The notes beneath the pieces were generated by a model, which was given only the letters and a program-made list of their open reading frames with translations, had not been told where the DNA came from and searched no databases. Of a stretch of 64,000 bases of DNA, positions 20,388-28,466 are shown piece after piece. The DNA is from Patescibacteria group bacterium (GTDB taxonomy: Bacteria > Patescibacteriota > Doudnabacteria > UBA920): contig JAMDAY010000030.1 of NCBI GenBank assembly GCA_023484515.1, positions 1,320 to 65,319 of the forward strand. The letters are read 5' to 3'. Numbering within the stretch: position 1 is the first letter of the stretch; each line of letters starts with the position of its first letter. The translations under genes and the position numbers were made by a program.

Positions 20388-21762
20388 TTTGGCTCCAAAC
20401 GGTATCCAGGAAAGGGGTAGTGTCGCCCCTGCCCCAGTTATTTTTATTAGCGCAAAAACAATCGGCCTGTGGCTTTTGCGTGGTTGTTATAACTTTAGCT
20501 CTATCAAAAAAGTAAAGATATTCATTAGTCTCCCTTGCTCCCATAAAGCCGGTAAGTCTTTGTATCATTTCCGACACGGCCGCCGCGGCTACTGAAGAAG
20601 TGAAAGTAATTACAGCCGGTGCAGGCTCAGCTAATTCCGGCGCGTAACCCTCTTGTCTCCTAACAGCTGCTTCTGTCGGGTTTGTCGCTTGAAGTGATTC
20701 CGCTAACATACTTTGCGAGTTAAGTCTCTCACGACAAAGTAAACAAGCGTTTGAGGGGAAAAGGGTTGTTACTCTTCCTAAAATAGACTTTATGTTACCA
20801 TCTTGGGAATCAATTAATACCGCCATATCAATTACCGGAATGTAATAGTAGATAGAGAGTGTATTTAGCAAAGAACGTCCCCACTCATCATCTGTGCAAG
20901 CAAAAACCAAATCACAATTTCTTAATTCTTTAATTGCGACTTGGTTAGTAATGTTAGTTTCGCAAGTAATTACCTTGGTTCCAAGACCCTTGCTATGAGC
21001 TGACCGTTCCGCAATTTTAGTCTTATGGTGCCCTTCGTCCGATAAGAGAGAACCATAAACTCTATTTACGTTTGATTTTTCAAAAGCTTGCCCGTCAAAT
21101 AGTCTTAAGTCGCCAACACCCAACCTCATTAACTGCTCTGCAACTGCGGAACCCGTCCCACCAAGACCCACGATGCCAATCCTTAATTTTTGTAATAACT
21201 TTTGAATATCCTTGCCAAAAGCCCTGATTTGTCGGTCAAAAGAAATCTCGTCTAGGAGTTGCCCCTCGTTGTTATAAAAGAATTTAAACCTATTTCCAAT
21301 AACTCTAATAACTTCCATTGGGTAGCTTTGTCCATCTGCGAGCCAAACTCTACCAATTGGTTTTGTTGGAGAGGAAAAAACTAGGCTGCCGTGTAAATTA
21401 GAACGAGTAATTCTATTATAAGTAGTGCGGAATAATTTCTGCTCTTCCTTGTCATCTTGAGTAGAAAAATTAGGGGTAGTTTCTGGGTGCGAATGGACAA
21501 AAACAAAACTACGCTTTGTATTGTTAGCCTTTTTCAAAGCCCGCATAAACGAAGTTGACGGGATTGACAGACTGGTCGCCGAAGCACTTTCCAGTTCATT
21601 CGGCATTACTGGAATAACCTCTTGCACCAGTAACCTTGAATCCTCACTACCACTAGAAGGTCTGCATAAAAGATAAGCAGCCCGCTCCGTGGATGCATCT
21701 TTAAAGAGATGCTCAATGAGCTGACTGTATTCTGGTTCTAAAAAGGTTAAAGAATAACGCAT
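20380..21762 (-). CDS. JAB peptidase-E1 (ThiF) fusion of a bacterial ubiquitination-like operon
   Basis: VHSHP...FS..DD; GIVGLGGTGS, SNVNR, CTDD, CLLC, CFC. Confidence 0.9.
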   Translation of the reverse strand: MRYSLTFLEPEYSQLIEHLFKDASTERAAYLLCRPSSGSEDSRLLVQEVIPVMPNELESASATSLSIPSTSFMRALKKANNTKRSFVFVHSHPETTPNFSTQDDKEEQKLFRTTYNRITRSNLHGSLVFSSPTKPIGRVWLADGQSYPMEVIRVIGNRFKFFYNNEGQLLDEISFDRQIRAFGKDIQKLLQKLRIGIVGLGGTGSAVAEQLMRLGVGDLRLFDGQAFEKSNVNRVYGSLLSDEGHHKTKIAERSAHSKGLGTKVITCETNITNQVAIKELRNCDLVFACTDDEWGRSLLNTLSIYYYIPVIDMAVLIDSQDGNIKSILGRVTTLFPSNACLLCRERLNSQSMLAESLQATNPTEAAVRRQEGYAPELAEPAPAVITFTSSVAAAAVSEMIQRLTGFMGARETNEYLYFFDRAKVITTTQKPQADCFCANKNNWGRGDTTPFLDTVWSQNV

Positions 21763-21765
21763 TGT

Positions 21766-22167
21766 TTACTTGCTCAAATCATTTTTAATAGAGCTGATAT
21801 AAGTTCTCAAATTATCTTTTCCAGCTCTCCATTGAGATTGGGAAAGATGACGAGACCAGCGTTGCCAAGGTATCTCGTCGTAAGTTTCGTGAACATCTGC
21901 TTTGTCGGGAAGATTACCGTTTGCCAGTTTTACATCAGGATAGGTATAAAACATATCTGGGTTAGCATTGGGGTAGCCAGCTGGAACTCTGATTAGTAAC
22001 TTAACGCTCGCTAGGTTGTATTTTTGTGGCGGTAATAAAAATTCCTCAATGGTAAGATGAACCATACCGTTCACGGATATGGTTTTATATTTATACTGCT
22101 TTTCATCCAAAAATTCTATATCAAATTCCGGAAGGAGTGGTTGATTTGTCCCGTCATTTTCAGGCAT
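21766..22167 (-). CDS. prokaryotic E2 (E2 family E) lacking cysteine
   Basis: PAGYPNANPDMFY, WQRWSRH; no Cys in protein. Confidence 0.85.
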   Translation of the reverse strand: MPENDGTNQPLLPEFDIEFLDEKQYKYKTISVNGMVHLTIEEFLLPPQKYNLASVKLLIRVPAGYPNANPDMFYTYPDVKLANGNLPDKADVHETYDEIPWQRWSRHLSQSQWRAGKDNLRTYISSIKNDLSK

Positions 22168-22417
22168 TGATGGAGCCTGGGTTTAAAGTTTTGGGACCGC
22201 TGTGAAATTGGGTACCATTTTTAAAAGTATACTCTTTGCTGTCGTTCGGAATGGGTTCGTCATCACCAGGACCAGGGATTTCCATTAATAGATTATAATC
22301 CGCTCCAATACCTGCCAGAGTATAAAGAGCTACGCCTGTAATCGGATTCTTAATTTTATATTCCTTCTTATCGATATGGATTACAACCTCATCATGTTGA
22401 TTGTCACCATGGGCCAT
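22160..22417 (-). CDS. ubiquitin-like (multi-ubiquitin family) protein
   Basis: IHIDKKEY...ITG..LY.LAG...F.S.P..LNPG+SINA extension. Confidence 0.8.
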   Translation of the reverse strand: MAHGDNQHDEVVIHIDKKEYKIKNPITGVALYTLAGIGADYNLLMEIPGPGDDEPIPNDSKEYTFKNGTQFHSGPKTLNPGSINA

Positions 22418-22556
22418 ACATTCCTTTCCGTTCCCGAATATTAAAGTTTTTTCGGAAACATTGCCTTTATTTTAACACAAAATTGCCTTAATTACCAGAA
22501 GAATATATCTACCCCAGTCATTTTACTCCAAGGTTATTTTTATGACATCCAAAATA

Positions 22557-22565
22557 TGATATAAT
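22557..22565 (+). promoter_or_regulatory. extended -10 promoter for LSR
   Basis: TGaTATAAT. Confidence 0.55.
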
Positions 22566-22570
22566 ACCTA

Positions 22571-22658
22571 TGCGACAAACTAACCAACGAGTTTTTTAAT
22601 GGCCGTCTTTGGAAATAAATCCAACTTGTTGGGTTTGTCGCACCAAGGGCGGTCATTA
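22571..22658 (+). promoter_or_regulatory. structured 5' leader with two interleaved helices upstream of LSR
   Basis: 22571-93 pairs with 22623-42; 22597-612 pairs with 22643-58; non-Watson-Crick pairs are G-U. Confidence 0.6.
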
Positions 22659-22672
22659 TTAATTTGACTAGT

Positions 22673-24391
22673 ATGGCTATTAAATATTTTTTATATGCGC
22701 GTAAATCCACGGAAGACGACGATCATCAAATAATGAGTATTGAAGCTCAGTTATTTGAATTGCGCGAATATGCCCGCAGGGAAAAACTAGAGATTATAGA
22801 AGAGTTAACTGAATCTAAAAGCGCTAAGAAGCCAGGCAGAATAAAATTTGGCGAATTGATGGATAAAATAGAAGAAAGTAACGGTGTTGGAATTCTCGCT
22901 TGGCACCCCGACAGGCTTGCCCGTAATTCCGTTGATGGCGGAAAAATAATTTATTTTGTAGATACCAAAAAGATTGTTTCCTTGCGCTTTCCCACTTTTT
23001 GGTTTGAACCAACACCGCAAGGTTTGTTTATGCTGCAAGTGGCGTTTGGTCAAAGCAAATACTATACAGATAATCTTGCCGAAAACATTAATCGGGGTTT
23101 TCGTCAAAAAATCAGGCGCGGCGAATGGCCGACAAAAGCCCCGTTCGGATACGTTAATAATTTTAAAACTCGTACTATCGAGCCTCATCCCTTTCAATCT
23201 AAAATAGTGGTCAGGGCTTTTGAGGAATTTGCCACGGGAAAATATACCTATGAAAGCCTGGCGGATTTTATGGCAGAGTTGGGAGTGGAAACCAAGAATC
23301 AAACGCCGCTTGGCAAAGCTTCTATTTGGAGAATGTTGACCAATCGGGCTTATTTAGGACTTACTAAGCATAAGGGCGAATATTTTGAGGGCAGCTTTCC
23401 GGCGATTCTTCTCCCCGCAACTTTTGATGCTGTCCAGGCGGTTCTAAAGCGAAAAGCTAGGCCGCGCAAAAGCAAGCAGGCTTTGGACTTTCCGCTGACT
23501 GGTCTTTTGACGTGTGGAGAATGCGGCTGTGCCATTACGGGTTGCAATGTAACTGGCAGGCACGGTCATAACTTTCGTTATTATCGTTGTACCAGAAAGA
23601 AAAATAAATGCTTGCAAGGCAGTTTGCAAGAGCGGCAGCTTGCGATTCAGCTCAAGAGCGAGCTTCAAAAAGTTGCCATTTGTGATAACTGGACAGACAA
23701 AATGCTCCAGCAGATTTCGGTTTGGGAGAAAGAAGAAACCAGTTCATCAAAAAGCCCTGTCCAAGACATAAAAAATAGTTTGGATAAAATTCAGGACAAG
23801 CTTAACCGGTTGGTTAGCGCTTACATTGACCAAGAAATTCCCAAAGAAATTTACTTGGTCAAAAAGGAAGAACTGCTCAAACAAAAGCTTGTCCTAAGCC
23901 AAGCTCTAAAGAATCTTGGACAGGAAGGTGGAGTGTGGATTAAACCCCTCCGGCAGTGGATTTTAGACGTAAAAGAAGCCACTTTCGTGGCTTCTTCGAG
24001 TGATCTATCTGAAGTTAAACAGACCGTTCAAAAGTTAGGATTAAACCCCCAACTTTTGGATAAGAATGTAAAATTGCGTTTTCTTCCGCCGTGGGATTTG
24101 CACGCAGAAATATTGGCTCAAACTGCATTTCCCCCCGTTTGCAATGGGAGCGAAGCGACCAAAAAAAATTCTAAAAATCCTGAAAGTTTCCCTTGGTGGA
24201 GATGGCGGGAGTTAAACCCGCGTCCAGAACGAATCAATTTTCCCATTGTTCACAAGATTAGCCAGTTCATAAGCCTTAATGACAAGAGCTGGCAAGATAT
24301 CATTAAGGTTGATTTACTAAAGCTTGAGCTGGTCAGCGCAAATCAAACCGACCGGCCGCAGCCTCTAATGAAGCCGCTAATTTATCTTTGA
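22673..24391 (+). CDS. large serine recombinase (resolvase + recombinase + Zn ribbon); reads into antisense tmRNA
   Basis: YARKST, DRLARN, PFGY, CGECG...YYRC...C; last 63 aa are antisense tmRNA. Confidence 0.93.
   Translation: MAIKYFLYARKSTEDDDHQIMSIEAQLFELREYARREKLEIIEELTESKSAKKPGRIKFGELMDKIEESNGVGILAWHPDRLARNSVDGGKIIYFVDTKKIVSLRFPTFWFEPTPQGLFMLQVAFGQSKYYTDNLAENINRGFRQKIRRGEWPTKAPFGYVNNFKTRTIEPHPFQSKIVVRAFEEFATGKYTYESLADFMAELGVETKNQTPLGKASIWRMLTNRAYLGLTKHKGEYFEGSFPAILLPATFDAVQAVLKRKARPRKSKQALDFPLTGLLTCGECGCAITGCNVTGRHGHNFRYYRCTRKKNKCLQGSLQERQLAIQLKSELQKVAICDNWTDKMLQQISVWEKEETSSSKSPVQDIKNSLDKIQDKLNRLVSAYIDQEIPKEIYLVKKEELLKQKLVLSQALKNLGQEGGVWIKPLRQWILDVKEATFVASSSDLSEVKQTVQKLGLNPQLLDKNVKLRFLPPWDLHAEILAQTAFPPVCNGSEATKKNSKNPESFPWWRWRELNPRPERINFPIVHKISQFISLNDKSWQDIIKVDLLKLELVSANQTDRPQPLMKPLIYL
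24074..24200 (-). repeat. right copy of perfect 127-bp inverted repeat
   Basis: overlaps LSR 3' coding region and last 7 nt of tmRNA. Confidence 0.97.
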
Positions 24392-24585
24392 GGCAAAAGA
24401 TAAGGCGGCGCCCTGGCTTAGAATTAAGCGAAGGCAGGCTGGAAAGCAAAGGCGTTAGCCAATGCAGTCTTTACCTTAGAAAATGCGTTAGCATTTATGA
24501 TGCCCAAAAGGATTTCCGAGGCTATTAGGCTTGCTCGTCTTGCATATGGCAAAATGTCAAAGTCCTGTCAAAATCCGTCATCCCC
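24194..24585 (-). ncRNA. ssrA: tmRNA; tag peptide (A)ANAFSKVKTALANAFAFQPAFA* at 24492-24424
   Basis: 5' GGGGAUG pairs with 3' CAUCUCC-ACCA including G3-U; T-arm gcgggTTTAACTcccgc; smpB 3.3 kb away. Confidence 0.93.
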
Positions 24586-24645
24586 ATCCGGATACCTATT
24601 TTAACATATTTTAAAATCACATTCAACCCCTTTTTTATTGTTAGG

Positions 24646-24683
24646 AAAGTATATATTTAAATATGAATTTAAATATATACTTT
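24646..24683. repeat. AT-rich 17-bp inverted repeat upstream of ssrA
   Basis: aaagtatatatttaaat-atga-atttaaatatatacttt. Confidence 0.7.
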
Positions 24684-24772
24684 TTGGTTATTTAGCTGGG
24701 TTTAATTATTTTCTGTTGACATCGGGGCAGGGATGAGATATAAAATTTATATCAAACATTAAAGGAGAATGC

Positions 24773-24958
24773 ATGAAAATCGTATGGAGGGTTGCTTCCA
24801 TAGTTTGTAAACGGATGCGGCCGTCGGGGGAGGAAAAGAAACGGCGGTGCGGGCGTATTATGCGGAATGCTGCATTGCAGCTGGCTGCGATCAGGCAAGA
24901 ACGCGAGGGCGGTTCCATGTCACTTGGGACGCTTAGGGTCCTGGAAATTATCTGGTGA
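24773..24958 (+). CDS. small hypothetical protein
   Basis: SD aaggag before ATG. Confidence 0.35.
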   Translation: MKIVWRVASIVCKRMRPSGEEKKRRCGRIMRNAALQLAAIRQEREGGSMSLGTLRVLEIIW

Positions 24959-25001
24959 CAGTCCCAGACGGCAGCGTCTGGTGGAGTTATTGGGAGGTTA
25001 T

Positions 25002-25280
25002 ATGAAGACAAGGCAGGACAGGGTTGCAATTTTGAAGCGGAAAGACGATGGGTGGCCGTTGCAAGATGTGGGTTTCCTGGTAAAACGCTTGGAAGTGCTG
25101 GTGTTGTTGGATCCTGAATTTCCCACAGCCCTGGTGCTTTTTGGCAAGTTCAACAAGGGAGCAGTCGCGACAGCGTTGAGAACCCTCAGGGTTGTCTGCG
25201 AATGCGAGGTTGCCAGCAGCCAGAATTTTCAGGAATGCGGCACGCCTTGCTTGCTTCCTGGGAGGACCAGGCAACGGTGA
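25002..25280 (+). CDS. hypothetical protein
   Basis: SD ggagg before ATG 25002. Confidence 0.45.
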   Translation: MKTRQDRVAILKRKDDGWPLQDVGFLVKRLEVLVLLDPEFPTALVLFGKFNKGAVATALRTLRVVCECEVASSQNFQECGTPCLLPGRTRQR

Positions 25281-25417
25281 TCAAACAAAAACGGCGGGCG
25301 CGAAGGCTTTGCGATCGCCGTTTCAATTTGTCCGGTTTTATGCCGTAGGGGATGGAAAGCCTGTATTATTAAACTTATTATGCCGTCATAAATTAAAAGC
25401 CCAGGAGGACAATATAG

Positions 25418-25639
25418 ATGTTGTTGCGCGTCAGCTTAGTTAAGGACAAAAACGGGACATATTATTTGTGGATGAGTTTTCCCAAGTATAAAAATGCTCC
25501 GGCGCAGGAAACCGCAATTATATCCCACACTGCTCATATGGACCCCGAAAACAGCCAGGAGATCTTAGAAGGGCTGGTAAAAAAGGTCAAGGAGGAAGCG
25601 GCCAGACAAGGCATAACGCAAATTGTCGGTTTGGAATAA
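25418..25639 (+). CDS. small hypothetical protein
   Basis: SD aggagg; followed by gggacgg/ccgtccc+T terminator. Confidence 0.55.
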   Translation: MLLRVSLVKDKNGTYYLWMSFPKYKNAPAQETAIISHTAHMDPENSQEILEGLVKKVKEEAARQGITQIVGLE

Positions 25640-25708
25640 CAAAGCCAAGCCAGGGACGGATGCGACAAAGCCCGTCCCTTTTTTTAAAGACAAAAGCTGT
25701 TTGTTTTT

Positions 25709-26320
25709 TTATTTTAGTAGGGATTGCAAATTCGCAATTATCCCGTCAGTAATTTCCCATTCGTAAATGTCAGTGTTGGCAATGTCTTTTTCCGTTTTCA
25801 GGCCGCGGTAAATGCGGGGGATTTCCGGGAAATGGAACAGGATGAGGCGGATAACGCCATTGTGGGTAATAATGCCAATGTTTTTGTCCGGAAAGTTGGC
25901 GATTAAATCCAAAATAGCGCTGACCGAACGCTGCCTGACGTCTTCCACCGATTCCCCGCCGAACGGCCGGTAGTCATATTCCTGGAGGCGCTCCAGTTCG
26001 CGGTGGTTGGGCAGCGTTTTGTCCCAATAATCCAGCGGATGGCCGGTTAAGCTGCCAAAGTCCCGTTCGCGCAGCCGGAAATCATGCACGACTTGGACGG
26101 GTTTTTCCAGTTTTTGGTTAATTAAAGCCACGCTCTCCTCGGCGCGGTGCAAGTGGGAAGTTACCAGCAAATCCAGTTTAAGCTGCTTAATTACGGGAAT
26201 GATTTTTTCCATTTGCAGCACGCCCTGCGTGTCCAAATAGTCGTCTATTTGTATGCCCTGGCGGATTTTTTTTACGTTGCTCGGCGTTTCCCCGTGGCGG
26301 ATAAAGTATATGGTAGGCAT
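25709..26320 (-). CDS. histidine phosphatase family protein
   Basis: IRHGET, LRERDFG, GGES, ITHNG. Confidence 0.92.
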   Translation of the reverse strand: MPTIYFIRHGETPSNVKKIRQGIQIDDYLDTQGVLQMEKIIPVIKQLKLDLLVTSHLHRAEESVALINQKLEKPVQVVHDFRLRERDFGSLTGHPLDYWDKTLPNHRELERLQEYDYRPFGGESVEDVRQRSVSAILDLIANFPDKNIGIITHNGVIRLILFHFPEIPRIYRGLKTEKDIANTDIYEWEITDGIIANLQSLLK

Positions 26321-26350
26321 CTTTAGTTAATATTTGGGATTGATTTATGT

Positions 26351-26731
26351 CTACCTCGCGGTCGCACTCTTGCGCCTTCGCGGTTTTGCAGATTTTTTCC
26401 CCGGCTTATCCAGTTCTTTGGAAATCCTGTTCCAATGGCCTTTAAGTTCCGCAGCCATGGCAGCCAGCTCGTCTGCGGGAATGTGCTTGTATTTTTGGTA
26501 TTTGCCGACCACCTGGTCCACTACTCCCGCATACGTATCCTGGCTGACTTCTTTTAGATTTTCCAGGCGTTCCATTACCTCGCCTTGGGCTTTTACCGCC
26601 CAGCTTTTAAGCTGCCTGCGATGCTTGGGCGCTTTTTTGCTGCCGTAAAAATAGTAAGCTCCGGCTGCCGCGGCCAGCAAAGCGGCCAGCCCCAAACCCG
26701 CGCCCATTTTTTTATTATTTTCTTTAGCCAT
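26351..26731 (-). CDS. YtxH-like membrane-anchored hypothetical protein
   Basis: GAGLGLAALLAAAAGAYYFYG + helical basic tail. Confidence 0.7.
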   Translation of the reverse strand: MAKENNKKMGAGLGLAALLAAAAGAYYFYGSKKAPKHRRQLKSWAVKAQGEVMERLENLKEVSQDTYAGVVDQVVGKYQKYKHIPADELAAMAAELKGHWNRISKELDKPGKKSAKPRRRKSATAR

Positions 26732-26833
26732 AGGTTCTCCTTTTTAAATTAATTGTATTTATTTACTCCCCGGCTTGCTTGCCCGCCTTTGGCGGAAAAG
26801 CTCGCCTAACGCCTGCAAATAAATACAATTAAT

Positions 26834-27097
26834 TTATTTCTTGCTTTTTTTATAGACGTTATGGAAAAAGCTGGAAAAATATTTCAGCTTGGCGCCTTTT
26901 TCCCTGACATTTTCTCGCAGTTCGGAAAGTTCGCCGCTAATTATATCCGTTTCAGTTTTGGCTTTGCGGGTAATATACTTTACATCGCGCAAAATCTTTA
27001 TTATATAAATGGATGCGGCTATGACGATAATTGTAACTACTGCCACCGCAATGGTGGTAATGAAGAAAAATACGTCCTGCTTGTAAAAAGGGTCCAT
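26834..27097 (-). CDS. small membrane protein
   Basis: single TM + coiled coil. Confidence 0.7.
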   Translation of the reverse strand: MDPFYKQDVFFFITTIAVAVVTIIVIAASIYIIKILRDVKYITRKAKTETDIISGELSELRENVREKGAKLKYFSSFFHNVYKKSKK

Positions 27098-27304
27098 TGG
27101 GTTTGAAGTTATTTGTGACTGTTGTAATTATACCACATTATAATAAATGACGGGGAAATATAAGGATATTTACAAATACCAAATATCAAATTTCAAATTT
27201 CCAATAAATGTCCAATGTCCAAATTTCAAACTACTGCAATCTTTTGACCGTTTGATATCCTAATTTTAAAATTTATTTGAAATTTGATATTTGTAATTTG
27301 AAAT

Positions 27305-27844
27305 TTAACTTCCGTACCTCCGGAACAATTCTTCCAGAATGTTTTGGTACTGCTGGCGCACATTGGGGTCTGTCCCGACTTCCAGGACTTCGTCGTTCAA
27401 ATTGGTGGCGGCCGATGTCCAGTTAAAGCTGCCCGAGGCGTAAGCCTTTTCCGTGACCAAAACTTTCATATGCATAATGGCCGAATGGTCCTGTTCGTAA
27501 ACCGGAATGCCGGCGTCCTTAAGCTCCTGAAAAATTTTAGTTTGCAATTCCGTGCTTTTATCTTGATTTCTATCCATAATCCCTTTTACTTCTAGCCCCC
27601 GGTATTTTGCCGCCAGCAGCGCGTCTTTTATGTCGTTCCTGGTAAACGTATAAACCGCGAAATATACAAATTTGTCAGCGTCCCTAATCCGGCTGATTAT
27701 TTCCTTGTTCAATTCGCGGTCCTGGTTGTAGTAAACGCTAATTTGTCGCTGCGGCTGGTAGCGGTAAGTGTAATAGAATTGGGCGGCAACGCCCGCCAAA
27801 ACAATTATCACAGCCAGGTAAATTAAATCTTTTTTGTTTTTCAT
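27305..27844 (-). CDS. phospholipase D-like (Nuc-type) protein
   Basis: MHMKVLVTE...GSFNWT...N.E; N-terminal TM. Confidence 0.85.
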   Translation of the reverse strand: MKNKKDLIYLAVIIVLAGVAAQFYYTYRYQPQRQISVYYNQDRELNKEIISRIRDADKFVYFAVYTFTRNDIKDALLAAKYRGLEVKGIMDRNQDKSTELQTKIFQELKDAGIPVYEQDHSAIMHMKVLVTEKAYASGSFNWTSAATNLNDEVLEVGTDPNVRQQYQNILEELFRRYGS

Positions 27845-27852
27845 TTTGAAGG

Positions 27853-28284
27853 TTATAGGAATTTTTTAATTTCTTTGTTTGTTTCCCGCTTTTTTATATA
27901 TTCCCGCTTGTCGATTTTTTTACGCGCCTTGCCCAGGCCGATTTTAATTTTAACCAAACCGCGGTTGGCGGTAAAAATTTCCAAAGGCACAATGACCAGG
28001 CCTTTTTCCTTGCCCAATAACTGGTTTATTTCTTGCCGGTTTAAAAGCAGCTGCCGCGTAGCCGTGGGGTTGTATTTTTCGTTTGGCGCGTACTTGTAAG
28101 GTCCGATGTGGCAGTTAATTAAACTGACCTGGGCGGGGGATACGGTTACATAACTGCCGGTTAAGGACACGTTGCCGTTTTTGACGGATTTAACTTCCGG
28201 TCCGCTTAAGACCATGCCGGCCTGGAAGGTATTTTTTATGTCGTAATCAAAATTCGCGCGCTGGTTTTTTGCCAATATTTTCAT
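27853..28284 (-). CDS. smpB: SsrA-binding protein
   Basis: NQRANFDY...AGMVLSGPEVKS...IDKRE.IK.R. Confidence 0.96.
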   Translation of the reverse strand: MKILAKNQRANFDYDIKNTFQAGMVLSGPEVKSVKNGNVSLTGSYVTVSPAQVSLINCHIGPYKYAPNEKYNPTATRQLLLNRQEINQLLGKEKGLVIVPLEIFTANRGLVKIKIGLGKARKKIDKREYIKKRETNKEIKKFL

Positions 28285-28323
28285 GGCTTAATTTTACCAT
28301 TTTTTTGCCGTTTGGCATACTTG

Positions 28324-28355
28324 TTTTATTGCTGCTCGGCCGAGCAGCAATAAAA
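28324..28355. repeat. perfect 32-bp palindrome between divergent smpB/argS
   Basis: ttttattgctgctcgg|ccgagcagcaataaaa. Confidence 0.85.
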
Positions 28356-28466
28356 AATTAGTTAGAACAATAAGTTAAAGGAAGATAGAGTTGAAAATAG
28401 CTATGGTTTGGCTTAAGGCGATGTTTCACTTTTTTATATGTTTTATGCTATAATAACGGTATCTTT

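Larger units (their letters stand above)
19824..24200. mobile_element. 4.4-kb inverted-repeat-bounded cassette (ubiquitination-like operon + LSR) at the tmRNA 3' end
   Basis: 127-bp perfect IRs, both starting TCCACCA (the tmRNA 3' terminal 7 nt). Confidence 0.75.

Noticed and set aside
24194-24225. tRNA gene
   Set aside because: It is the 3' tRNA-like half of tmRNA; the 5' half is at 24585
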